Notes: generated from the letters alone by a model not told the origin. DNA of 64,000 bases from Octopus sinensis (GCF_006345805.1 NC_043005.1:46810001-46874000), one strand, 5' to 3'. Positions 15,400-27,084 are shown, numbered from the stretch's first letter. Made by a program: numbers and translations.

Positions 15400-15670
15400 G
15401 GGCATATGGCGTAGTGGTTAAGAGCGCAGGCTACTAACTCCAAGATTCCGAGTTCGATTCCAAGCAGTGACCTGAATAATAATAACAATAATAATAATAA
15501 TAATAATAATAACAACAACAACAACAACAACATCGAAAAATACCTTAGGAATGAGAACCCAGGTTCTAAATTTCACCAAGACACCTGAAGAAGGCTGGAG
15601 GGTATATAAGCCGAAACGTTGTGTTAACAAACAAGATGAGGACAAATATTCGTCGAATGTAAATAATGTA
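15400..15670 (+). mobile_element. tRNA-headed SINE-like element with (AAT/AAC)n linker and hammerhead-bearing tail
   Basis: A box tggcgtagtggtt (15407-15419), B box gagttcgattcc (about 15450-15461), 7-nt anticodon-like loop ctactaa; tail matches 39945-40060 on the minus strand. Confidence 0.75.
15580..15625 (+). ncRNA. Minimal type-I hammerhead ribozyme motif (predicted cleavage after GUU, 15620)
   Basis: Stem I GACAC/GUGUU; CUGAAGA 15585-91; extra A; stem II GGCU/AGCC; GAAA 15613-16; self-complementary AACGUU as stem III. Confidence 0.7.
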
Positions 15671-15671
15671 C

Positions 15672-15965
15672 TTATCACATATTCTATTACCGGTTCTTTT
15701 GACGGACTGCTAAGTTATGGAAACGTAAACAAACAAACACCTGTTTTCAAGCGGTTTGTTGGGTACACACACGCATACACACAAAAATATATATGTATAT
15801 ATATACTACGTGTCTCTGTACCAGCTTCCGTCTACGGAATTCACTCAAGGTATTGGTCAGTCTGAGACTATAATAGGAGAACACTCGCTAAATGTGCCAC
15901 GCAATGTGACTGAACCGGAAACCACATAGTTGCATAGCGAGCTCCTTAACCACACAGCCATGCCG
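15672..15965 (-). mobile_element. SINE family B (internal microsatellite), diverged
   Basis: Reverse complement of 16793-17192. Confidence 0.75.
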
Positions 15966-16792
15966 GGGCCTGTAGTCAACCATTGTAGACTCTGCGGTCG
16001 CAATGTGACACAATTTGTCAAATATTCACGTCACATGTTATAGCGATTCCACCGATACATTCTGTAATTAATTCTGTTATAATTTATTTCAGTTATTCCT
16101 GTAATACAATGTAATTATTCCTGTTACAGTGTGCAATTATTCCAATCAAAGGTCATAAACTGCAGCTAACCTTTTCACACTTTCAGGCTATTGTATTTAC
16201 ACCTTCTATTCAAGTAGCACGAGACTATCATAAAGGCTTGCTTTGTTTCTAGTAGCTACACGTTTTGTCAGTTATGAGTGTCGCTATGATAATGTTGCTA
16301 AGAAGTTCGCTTCGCAACTGGATGCATTGGGTCAACTCAAGGCTATGATAGGGGACATACCTTGGAAGTGTGTCCTGTCATAGCTCCTAGTTGTTGAAAG
16401 TTTGTGCGTGAAATTTCTTACTGGAAGTGTGTAAAAAAAAACCTAGGTAATGCGTGATTAACCATGAAACAAAATAAGTACTTACTTCGGGCATTAGGTG
16501 AAGGTGGTGGTAGTGTGGGGTACACCTCAGAAATGGTAAATGGTTTGGGCACAAAAGAGATCACATTATACTTGCTTAAATAATATTCGAAATGACTTTT
16601 ATGATCGGGAATATAATTTCGAAATACTCATAGTGCCATAGTGAGTATCTGCTCAAAGACTCTGCAATTAAAAATAGTAGGACAAAACTTTTCACTAATA
16701 AATACAGTGGAGGTACACAAAAATCACCTCACTATTAGTTTTGATTCATTTTGAAAAAGAAAAATATATTTTATGGTGTATTATTCTTTATG

Positions 16793-17192
16793 GGCGTAGG
16801 AGTGGTTGTGTGGTATGTAGCTTGCTTACGAACCACAGGGTTCCGGGTTCAGTCCCACTGCGTGGCACCTTGAGCAGGTGTCTTCTACTATAACCTCGGG
16901 CCGACCAAAGCCTTGTGAGTGGATTTGGTAGACTGAAATTGAGAGAAGCCCGTCGTATATATGTATATGTATGTGTGTGTATATGTTTGTGTGTCTGTGT
17001 TTGTCCCCCCCCCCCACATCGCTTGACAACCGATGCTGGTGTGTTTACATCCCGTAACTTAGCGGTTCGGCAAAAGAAACCGATAGAATAAGTAGTAGGT
17101 TTACAAAGAATAAGTCCTGGGGTCGATTTGCTCGACTAAAAGCTGGTGCACCAGCATGGCCACAGTCAAATGACTGAAACAAGCAAAAGAGT
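16793..17192 (+). mobile_element. SINE family B, full length
   Basis: ggcgtaggagtggttgtgtggta...gggttcagtcccactgcgtggcaccttg...(TA/TG)n...ggggtcgatttgctcgact...gaaacaag.aaaagag; matches 41089-41472 and 50085-50463. Confidence 0.9.
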
Positions 17193-17369
17193 ATATTTTC
17201 AGTTATATATATATGGCGGGGTCCAAAATCTTTTAAGCGCTTAGGGGCCACTATGAGGCTTGATCAGGCCCTACACCTAACAGATTTTTATGGCTGCTTA
17301 ACACCACTCCCTGTCTATTGGGTGATCATTTAATGGAACTAAATTATTTTTCATGCTTTTGAGTCAAGT

Positions 17370-17523
17370 CTCTGGTGGTTGTGTGGTAAGAATTTTGATT
17401 CCCACCATTTGATACCAGGTTGAGATCTACTGCGTGGCAATTTGGGTTTCTGCTATAGCCTCGGGTCGACCAAATCCTTGTGAATATGTTAGGAAGGCGG
17501 AAACTGAAAGAAGCTCGGCGTGT

Positions 17524-17566
<43 letters not shown>

Positions 17567-17772
17567 AAACACACACACGCACATATATATCTAGGTATGT
17601 ATGTGTATGTTTGTATACCACCACCGCGTGACAACCGGCGTTGGTGTGTTTACGTCCCCGTAACTTAGCATTTCGGCTAAAATAACCGATAGAATTCGTT
17701 CGGCTAAAATTCTTTAAGGTGGTGCCCCAGTATGGCGGCGGTCTAATGACTGAAACAGATTAAAGACAAAAG
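17370..17772 (+). mobile_element. SINE family B, diverged
   Basis: Same two halves around a (TA)n core. Confidence 0.75.
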
Positions 17773-18164
17773 ATGATAGACCACGGTCTATAACATCGAA
17801 TGCGTATTGTTTATTAACACACTAGGAATGGCTTTGACGACACCAATTGTGAATATTACCAAGTTTAGCGACCACAATATTTATTAATTATAGTTTTAAT
17901 TAAAACTTAGTGTTTCTGCACCTACATTATCCAGAATATTTGGATTTTTTTCAAGGAAGCCAAAGTGTGATTTAAGATAAATTTTGGCTACTATTTCTAG
18001 TAGATCCGGTGCCCACAATGACGCTCTCTCATTGGCTGATGTAATATCGTGTGTGCTAACTATTGTGTTAATTACTGGCTGTAACGTCATCATTAAAGTT
18101 GCTTCAGATTATTATCAATAAATAACATTGAAATATTAGGAGCAGCAACAATTTGATGTTCAGT

Positions 18165-18820
18165 GACAGGAATGATGATGGTGATGGTGGTACTGACGGT
18201 GGTGGCGGCGGCGGCGGTGGTGGTGGTGGTGGTGGTGGGTGGCGGTGGTAGTGGTGCTGATGGCGGGGCAGTGGTGGGTGGTGGTCAGGACGACGATGAT
18301 GATGATGATAATGTTGATGTTCATGAGGATGATGATGTTGATGATGTTGATGATGATGAAGATAAATATCACAGTGATGATTAATGATGAGGTTGACGAT
18401 GATTGATGTTGAAGATGGCGATGATGATGATGATGATGTTAGTTGTGGTGGTAGTGTTGTTGTTGCTGGTGGTAGTGGTGGCGGTGGTGGTCCTGATGCT
18501 GATGGTGTTGCTGCTGTTGCTGATGATCTCGGTGATGGAATGACAATATTTATAATAACTATTGATGATCAGTATGTTGATAAAGACGCTGCGGCTGATG
18601 ACGATGATAATGATGATGATGTTGATGATGACGATGCCGATGATGATGATGATGATAATGATGTGAATGATGATGATGAAGGCGATGCCGATGATGATGA
18701 TGATGGTGACGACGATGATGATGTCAATGATGGTGATAACGTCGACGACGCCGACGACATCTCTTATAACATTCACAGAGATGATGCTGATGATGTCGAT
18801 GATAGTAACAACGAATAATT
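18165..18820. repeat. (GAT)n/(GGT)n low-complexity tract
   Basis: Direct reading. Confidence 0.9.
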
Positions 18821-19139
18821 TGTGAAAATGATGGACACATAGGCTGACACAACAGAATTCATCATAAGAAATTGTGTGTATGTGTGTGGGTGGGGAGAGG
18901 GTAAGGTATTGAGATATGAAAACAATGTGGAGAAGACATTGGTCCACAGTGGTGGCGGTGGCAGTGGCGGTGTCGTCATTGCATTAGTAGTGGAGAGGAG
19001 GGGGTACTTGTGTTGGAGCTGATGTAGTGTTGTTGATGATAGTAGAACTAGTAATAATGGTTGATGGCGGCGGATATTATAAATATTGATGTTATCAAAG
19101 ATGAGATGTGAAATGTGTAGTGGATGCACAGTTACTTTG

Positions 19140-19203
19140 TGTGCGTATATATACATGTGCGTGTATATATATATATACATGTGCGTGTATATATATATGT
19201 ATA

Positions 19204-19244
<41 letters not shown>

Positions 19245-19299
19245 ATATATATGCATGTATATATGTATGTGTGTTAATATATATACATACATATATATA

Positions 19300-19340
<41 letters not shown>

Positions 19341-19549
19341 GCAAACGGATTTAGGTGTGTGTTTGTGCAACTATATTAGGGAATAGGGTATATGTATATA
19401 ATACACATGCATACATACACATGTTTACATACATGTACATATGCGTATATGCTTCCCTTGGGGTGTGTGCACGTGTATATGTGTGTTTGTGCGCGTGTTT
19501 GTTTGTTTATGTATACACATTTATATATGTATATGAATATGTATGTATG

Positions 19550-19591
<42 letters not shown>

Positions 19592-19674
19592 CACATACAA
19601 AAGTATCTTTATGTGAATATGTTTCTACGTGTGCAAGTGAGAAATATGAATGAAAGATAGGAAGAGATTCATTA

Positions 19675-19709
<35 letters not shown>

Positions 19710-19720
19710 TTGGGGCGTCG
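19140..19720. repeat. (TA)n/(TG)n/(GA)n compound microsatellite
   Basis: Direct reading. Confidence 0.95.
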
Positions 19721-20419
19721 TCATTTAATAAGGAAATGAAGCCCTTAAATAATTATCATTTCTCGAATTCTTATAAGAGATAAAATGTAGCTGAAGTAGT
19801 TATGTGCAAATAATACAACTTTGCTACCACTGTAGTCCAGCAGAGACCAATCCTTAGCAAGTTAACTAACATGTGCTGACGTCATCTCCAGTATTGTAAT
19901 GAAGGTGTTGGCATCCGTAATGTGACGTAGTCGAAGGCGTGGAGAGTGATTTTTCCTCCATATTTCTGCATAATATTAAAAAAAAATACACACCCACACA
20001 CACATGTCATTTAAATAATTTCACTAACGAGGATTTATGTGAAGCGTTCGTTTTCAGACGATATTAGTGGTTGTTGTTGATATTTTGTATTGTTGCTGCT
20101 GTTCGTTTTGTTGTCGTTCTTGTTTGTGTTTGTGTTTGTTGTTGTTATTAGCATTATTCTCGTTGTTGGTTTTGTTTCTTGCAGTTGTGGTAGTGGTGGT
20201 CGCAGTCGTGGTGATAGCATTCAGCTTCAAGATCGACCTTCGTCAAACAGATCTGTGATCAAACACATTCAGTCCTGTCCTTTTAAAGGCATAGTTTACG
20301 TAGGATTATATCACTGGTACATACATACCCTTCATTTCATCCAACTGTAGTATGTGTTCCCTGGAAGATTTTTGACAGCTGTTTCTAACCGAATCTTATA
20401 GTTTTAGTAAGAGATATCA

Positions 20420-21830
20420 ACTCAATATCGCTTCTCTCCAGTTCCCCGTAACGTAACCTGTCCTTTAGTCTGTCCGTCCATCCAGCGTCCCACAATGCTA
20501 TCGAAGGATAGGAACCTGCTTCTCCAGGTTCCGAGCTTCAGACTCAACGACTTTTTCTGGTAAATTTTTGCTTCAATAACTGCCTCGCTTTCCCTTAGAG
20601 TAGTTCCGATCATCTCGATGTATTTGGTGTCCGACTCTATTACGGTGACATCATTGACATACGCAAACACTGATCTTCCTCAATGCTCCACAAAACTTCC
20701 AAATTTTGCACCAATATTTCTAGAACAGTAGTTACAGAAAGGCAGATGGGATGTGGTAATCTTGCTAGCCCGAACGTATAGTAATGAACGGTTCTGACCT
20801 GTGGCCATTTACTCTGACCACCGAACAAATCTCACTGTGCATTGCGACGATTCACCTTCTGAAGACGGGCACGAAACTAGCCAGTAGACGTTGATGATCG
20901 ACGCTATTGAAAGCTTTCGCCTAATCTAAATTGATAAGGGCCCCAAACATTCTTTACCCCACCAGTCTATGATGCACCTCGTGAGATGGAGGTTGTTGAG
21001 GCAAGATCTGTTGGGTATGGTGCAAGTGAGTAACCTCACCTTCTAGATTATCGGTAAGTCAGTGTCAACCACTTACCTAATACTTTGACCAAAATCTTTG
21101 TCTCTGCATCCTTAAAATCATGCCCCTGGTTCAGGTCCTTTCACGAAACATAACCTCACTTCGTTCCGAAAGACTGGGATTTTCCCTGTTTAGCAGTCGG
21201 TTGCAGTAGAAATTTGCCAGAAATCATCGAAAAATTTTGGCATGTGAAGATAATGTTCGTATATCCGACAATCCAACTTCGGCGACTTCCCCCTCGTGTC
21301 ACTATCCATCTCTTCCCATATTTCATCAGTCTTTAGCAAAATTCCATATCCGTATCTTAGATACACAGTAAGCGGTAAAATCTATCTCAATCTTCCTTCT
21401 GCCAATTGCCCCTAAGAGTTAAGTGAAGTGCTCTTGAAAATCCGCCCAAAGCTGCTTCAAGACCGAAGTGTGGCTTTGCTCTGTTGCAACTCTGCCATCT
21501 GGGACCATCGAATAAATTTGGTTTCGTGATGCTCTAGAACATACACCCTTGTTACAACACAAATTTCGTGCTTAGCGTTGAAGAATCGGCCAAGGGCCAA
21601 ACCAGACCGTCAGCATGTCAATCGTCCTGCCTTTCATAAGCTTCTTTTCTAGGTTCCTCTATGTGAAAGTTTCTGTCACTATCACCTCTAATTTGATAAC
21701 CCATTTTAGGGCTAAATATCATCATTTATTGAAAATTGCCTCTCTCAAAAAATCCCGACACGAAGCAAGTGGCAAAGGACTGCTTCACTTGTCACTTGAT
21801 CGGGGATCACTTCACTTACGGTGCTAATGC
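20420..21830 (-). mobile_element. Tx1/L1-like LINE, decayed RT region
   Basis: Minus-strand pieces KILVKVL, ALINLD*AKAFNSVDHQ, VVRVNGHRSEPF, FAYVNDVTV (YADD), AKIYQKKSLSLKLGTWRS. Confidence 0.8.
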
Positions 21831-21937
21831 CTCAAAGTAAAGAAGGCACTAACTTCACGATATTAAAATTTGATCTTCATTAAACCTTTTAGTCCCACAC
21901 CTACCTAAAAGAAATCCTATTACACATACACACACAC

Positions 21938-22152
21938 AAAGGTGGTGAGGTGACAGAATCGTTGACATACCGGGCAAAATGCTTAACGGCTTTTCGTCCG
22001 TCTTCTGAATTCTGAATTCAAATTCCACCGAGGTCAACTTTGCCTTTCATCTTTTCGGGGGAGGGGTGATGAAATAAGTACCATTTTAGTATTTAGGTCG
22101 ATGTAATCGACAATCTCCCTCCCACCACCAAATTTCAGAACTTGTGCTTATA
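21938..22152 (+). mobile_element. SINE family A
   Basis: Aligns with other family A copies. Confidence 0.8.
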
Positions 22153-22419
22153 TCACACGCGCGCGCGCATGCATTCATACATGTGTGTACGTGTGTGTAT
22201 GTGTGTGTGTGTGTTTGCATTAGTATCCGTTACGCTCTTGCATTTACTTGCTCTTATTCTCTGAATGCAGTTTTTCTCCTCAACAGAGGCATAATCTATT
22301 TTATGCTTCCTATATCACGTATGTTTTATGTGTGTGAATGGTTTTAGCCCACTCATTGTCATTACTTGGAAAATCTCAGTCTTTTACCATTGCGACACAT
22401 TTTGGTGTTAAAAAAAATA

Positions 22420-22585
22420 GGTGTGGGTGTGGTAAGAAGCTTACTTTCCAACTACATAATTCCGGGTTCATTTCCAGAACGTGGCAACTTGGACGAGTGT
22501 CTGCTACTATAGCCGCGGACCGATCAATGCCTTGTGAGTGGGTTTGGTGGAGGGAAACTGAAAGAAGCCTGTCGTGTATATATAT
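22420..22585 (+). mobile_element. SINE family B, 5' half
   Basis: Ends at the internal (TA)n; a matching 3' half lies at 24225-24478. Confidence 0.75.
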
Positions 22586-22614
22586 ACAGAAAGAGAGAGA
22601 GAGAGAGTCGAAAT

Positions 22615-22708
22615 TTACAGAAAAACAAAAGTGGAAGACAGGTGTATAAACAACAAGCAGGTATATTAGTTTGACGCTCGGGAAGGTGAGAAAGTCTTTT
22701 AAGTTTCG
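22615..22708 (-). mobile_element. Fragment of short (TA)n-associated repeat related to 43835-44250
   Basis: Shares tttacagaaaa.caaaag...aagcag...tattagt...gtttcga; truncated by (TA)n just at the hammerhead GAAAC arm. Confidence 0.6.
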
Positions 22709-22743
<35 letters not shown>

Positions 22744-22884
22744 ATATATATATTATATTAAATTAGAGACAAAACCACTATTAGGCAAATCAAACAGTGA
22801 AAAACTTAATCCAATACATAATATTATTTAATTTATATTATTTAAATATATAAGAAAATTATTAAAAAAATATAATTAATATCA

Positions 22885-22948
22885 CACTACGATCGTTTCA
22901 TGCCTGCTAACATCTTCAAATTTTTGAGTCGCAGTCATTCATCAGGTG
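22885..22948 (-). ncRNA. Type-I hammerhead ribozyme motif, copy 1 (predicted cleavage after GUA, 22888)
   Basis: CAC-CUGAUGA(22945-39)-AUGACUGC...GCAGGCAU-GAAA(22899-96)-CGAUC-GUA-GUG; stem II 7/8 paired; ACGAUCGU is a perfect palindrome. Confidence 0.8.
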
Positions 22949-23083
22949 GTTTAAATATTTAACTTGGCGAGGTTTAAACAATAAACTATAATATAATATT
23001 TTACTATAAAATTGGATTCAATCCTAAATCTGATTTTTCCCTGTAAGTTTGGATTTATTCCCTAATATTTATTATATATATAT

Positions 23084-23125
<42 letters not shown>

Positions 23126-23251
23126 TAAATTAGAGACAAAACCACTATTAGGCAAATCAAACAGTGAAAAACTTAATCCAATACATAATATTATTTAATT
23201 TATATTATTTAAATATATAAGAAAATTATTAAAAAAATATAATTAATATCA

Positions 23252-23315
23252 CACTACGATCGTTTCATGCCTGCTAACATCTTCAAATTTTTGAGTCGCA
23301 GTCATTCATCAGGTG
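23252..23315 (-). ncRNA. Type-I hammerhead ribozyme motif, copy 2 (predicted cleavage after GUA, 23255)
   Basis: Identical to copy 1, offset 367. Confidence 0.8.
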
Positions 23316-23436
23316 GTTTAAATATTTAACTTGGCGAGGTTTAAACAATGAACTATAATATAATATTTTACTATAAAATTGGATTCAATCCTAAATCTGA
23401 TTTTTCCCTGTAAGTTTGGATTTATTCCCTAATATT

Positions 23437-23503
<67 letters not shown>

Positions 23504-23509
23504 CGTGTA

Positions 23510-23745
23510 TAATAAGAATAAAAAATACACATTGTGTACAGGACATCACCAATTAGTGAAAAATATGTAAACACACGAAAGATAAGTACATGACAAAATA
23601 CCAAAAGCATACACAATAAGTGCAAGACATCAGCAACGAGTGAAAAATATGTAAACACACGAGAGAAAAGTAAAGAATAAAATACCAAAAGAAGATAACT
23701 CCTCATCAGTTGTCGGACTGTTTATTGCTCGTATTTCGCGCTTTT
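23510..23745 (-). mobile_element. Short (TA)n-associated repeat, related to 40480-40650
   Basis: Shared gtacaggac.tcaccaa...tcatcagttgtcgg...atttcg. Confidence 0.6.
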
Positions 23746-24034
23746 AACGACAATGTAAGGAAACTTCATTAGACAGCAGCATCCAGAAATTTATGAAATA
23801 TAAAATTCATGGAGAGTTAGAGCTTCCAAAGAACAAACAACGACGGAGTGGACGTACAGAGTAGACAAGCGACGAAGACAAGCATTAAAGACCGTCAGGC
23901 CAAGACGAATTGTAATGAGTAACGCCTGGGAGAAATATTTTCAAGGAAACAGAATTATTAGACGAGAGGAAAATAGAAGAATAAAATAATTAGAAGAGAA
24001 GAAAATAGTAGAAGAAAAATGTCGGGAGTCGATA

Positions 24035-24200
24035 TATACAGGGTGCGGTAGAAATAATTCCACATTTTAAACTTTTACCTATGTGTTGCTAATGAACTTA
24101 TACAAGTGCCAATGATGTTTTCATTTTGCTAATGAACAAAAAAAACTGTAATCCTTTGTTTAAACAACAGTAAAATTAATTTTTCATGAATGTGTTATCT
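24035..24200 (+). mobile_element. Possible Tc1/mariner terminal fragment
   Basis: TA followed by cagggtgcggtag, a typical Tc1/mariner TIR start; partner TIR not found. Confidence 0.35.
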
Positions 24201-24224
24201 TTTTCCTTTTGTCAACCTTTCAAA

Positions 24225-24478
24225 TGTGGGCGGTATATCTGTCGCACCTTATATATCAATATGTGTCTTTCTGTCTGCGTTTGTCTCCGATCACACTTGG
24301 CAACTGGTGTGTTTACGTCCCCGTATCTTAGCAGTTCAACACAAGACATCGATAAAACAATTATCAAGTTTTAAAAAAGTGTTCTGGGGTCGATTCATTC
24401 GACTGAAATTTCTTCAAGGAGGTGCCTCGGCATGGCTACAGCTAAATGAGTGACACAATTAAAAAATAAAAGAAAATC
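24225..24478 (+). mobile_element. SINE family B, 3' half, diverged
   Basis: ctggtgtgtttacgtccccgta...ggggtcgattcattcgact. Confidence 0.7.
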
Positions 24479-24544
24479 ATTTCCTCAAACCTTTAATATG
24501 AGTTAAAAAATTTGATAATTTTTCTAGAAGGTAGTGATCTGGTG

Positions 24545-24716
24545 TTTTGTACGTCTTTACGTTCTGAGTTCAAAATTCACCGAGGTCGATTTTTGCCTTT
24601 CATCTTTTCGTTGTCAAAAAAAAATAAAATGAATACCAGTTGAGCATTGGGGTCGATGTACTTGATTTAAATCCCCCTCTGAAGTTGCTGGCCTTGTGTG
24701 CAAATTCGAAACCAAT
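24545..24716 (+). mobile_element. SINE family A, 5'-truncated
   Basis: gttctgagttcaaa...gaggtcga...ggggtcgatgta. Confidence 0.75.
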
Positions 24717-27084
24717 ATCTAATAATTATGTCGTGGAATCAGTCTGGATAGAAACCAATATATTCAGAAAGGCTGCGCTAGAATTTTCTATTGCATTATC
24801 ATATTTAGAGACCCTGGTGTATTTACTTTATCTATTGTTTCGATTATCTTCCGTTGGGATTGTAAAGATACACTTTTTCTGTCGTAGGAACTGTACCTTG
24901 CATTTAGCTAACTTTTTTTTTTACATCAAATAGTTGGTTAGAAATCCTCTGCCATTACCAAATGAGAGTAATCTTCAAATTCCAATGATGTTACGCATAC
25001 CCCAAAGCTTTATTCTAAGCTTTTAGCAGTTTTATACCATCTTTATGTTCTCATTTCTCCTTTTAAGCCCCTTTTCGAAATTTTCTTTCTCTATCATTAT
25101 TTCGTTATCCCTCTTAAGTTTTGTCAGCGTTGCTTCAAGTAACACAATTGTCCGCTTTTATTTCATGGCTTTTTTCGTGTTTAGCCGTTATTCTATCAAG
25201 TCTGCTCTATTTCACGGTCATAAATCACAACCAGTTCGATATTTAAAATGTTTCTCTGCGAGAAGTGTTATTTCGGTGTTATAATTATGTCTTTACACGC
25301 ATTTCTTTAGATTTAAATTCTGTAATAAATTTCTTATGTCAGAAATATATTCCCATCTCTTCTTGTATGGATTGTTTCAGAAACAGCTAGCAGCTACCGA
25401 CTTTTTATATTCATTTGCTTCAGTTCTTGGTAGCTTGGATCCAGTAAGATAAACATTAATATCCAAGTAGAGGGTACACAGATGACGTATGTTGAATGAG
25501 TTTTGTTGTTGTTTGACTCCCATACCGGTCCTGTCGTTAAAAATCTGGACTATCCCATCTTTTTAGTAAACTGTTGAACATCCACTTTCCAAACAGCCTT
25601 TATTTTAGAAGTACTTTATCTAATGTATGCTTACAATTTTAAGAAAGTGCGGTGTGATTTGAGGGAGATTTCACAACTATTTTTGACGGGTCAAATGATC
25701 GTATAGACGCTCTCTTATTGGTTTATGCACATATTTCTAAAATCCTTTTCGTAATGGACATTTTGATACTGAAGCTTTGAAAATACTCCTTGTTTGTCAT
25801 CATCAGTAACTTAATCTGTCACCCGTTGTAACACCACCATTGAGTTTCTTTAGTGGATGTCTATTTGCTGCAACCCTTCGAGTCAGGTTTTCAGCTCGAA
25901 GTTACCCTTTTCTCTTCATCTCATAAGTTTTGGCGGTCCTGGAAAATTTGGACGGTTTTTACTTTCTTGATCTGTCTGTTTCACAATGTGATTTGTCTAT
26001 CATAATACATACTTAATTTTGTTTCTTTTTCTTTAGTTTATTCATGTATTTCAATAATTATGGAATTATGGAGTTGTATTGTTTGTTTTAGTAACCGCTT
26101 CTTCCTCTTTCTTTTAACTACTTTTCCTCAGATTTTGACTTTGTCGGAGCATTTTTACTTTTCTTATTGTCATATATGCTCCTTTATCTAATGTGTCATA
26201 TTTACTGCATTCGAAACTTTCCAGTTTGAAGCAGTTGCACCTAATATATTCATGTAGTTCCAGGTCATCTCTGATTTGGGAAATGTATTATCAAAGGCAT
26301 CATAATTTTTAGTCTCAATTTGGCAGCAATATCCTACTGTTACCAATTGCAAACTTAAAAAATTACAACACAGTTGAGAGAGAGAGAGTGTGTGCGTGGG
26401 TATGTTTTTTTTGTTTTATTTTGGCAGTTTCCATTGGTGCAAGTGTATGAGTTGTGATCCTTTCGTTGGCTTGTGATTTTTTCAGTGATCGCTTGCTCTA
26501 ATCAGTTATGCTGATAGTATTTTCATGCTGAAGTTTGAATTATTTTCTGTCTACGGTTACTGATCCACCTCTTAAAGCATTTTTGTATAATTTTTTCTCC
26601 TTAATATCAAATGACTGCTATCGGTTTGTTTCATAGGCAGGTCATAAAAAAAATCGTGCAGATCGATATAGATCGATTAAGTCATTAACTTGTATTATTG
26701 TATTTCTCGACGAAAAATGTCTTTAGATCTTGACGACATTTGAACTTCAAACATAAGCAATTATAACTTAATGTCCAAGGTATTATGTTCGATGCTCAAC
26801 CACGTTTGCAAACCTGACCCTCTTGTATTTTTCACTTCGTGACAATACTATAATAATCGCGATGCTTTTTAAAAACATTTCATAGCAGTCAGCTATTTCA
26901 TTTCTATCCTCAATTTTAGGAATCGCTGAAACAACATTATGCAGTAGACACAAGATCGTGAGCATCTGATTTTGAACAGAATATTAGCTTTTAATACAAT
27001 TTTAATATCACTTTCATAATACTGTCTTCGAAAACTCCTCATAAATCTTCCTATATCAATTTGAAACTGTGACTTTAATTAATA

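Larger units (their letters stand above)
22752..23444 (-). mobile_element. Head-to-tail dimer (367-bp period) of a hammerhead-bearing unit; retrozyme or Penelope pLTR-like
   Basis: Two copies that differ by one substitution that I could find (aaacaataaac vs aaacaatgaac); (TA)n before, between and after. Confidence 0.8.

Noticed and set aside
15400-15475. Functional tRNA gene
   Set aside because: Acceptor and anticodon stems do not pair and no T-run terminator follows; treated as a SINE head
18163-18947. Asp-rich and His-rich ORFs
   Set aside because: (GAT)n/(GGT)n read-through; open on both strands; no splice or domain support
20855-20885. CTGAAGA...GAAA inside the Tx1-like LINE
   Set aside because: No stem II or stem I pairing; chance match
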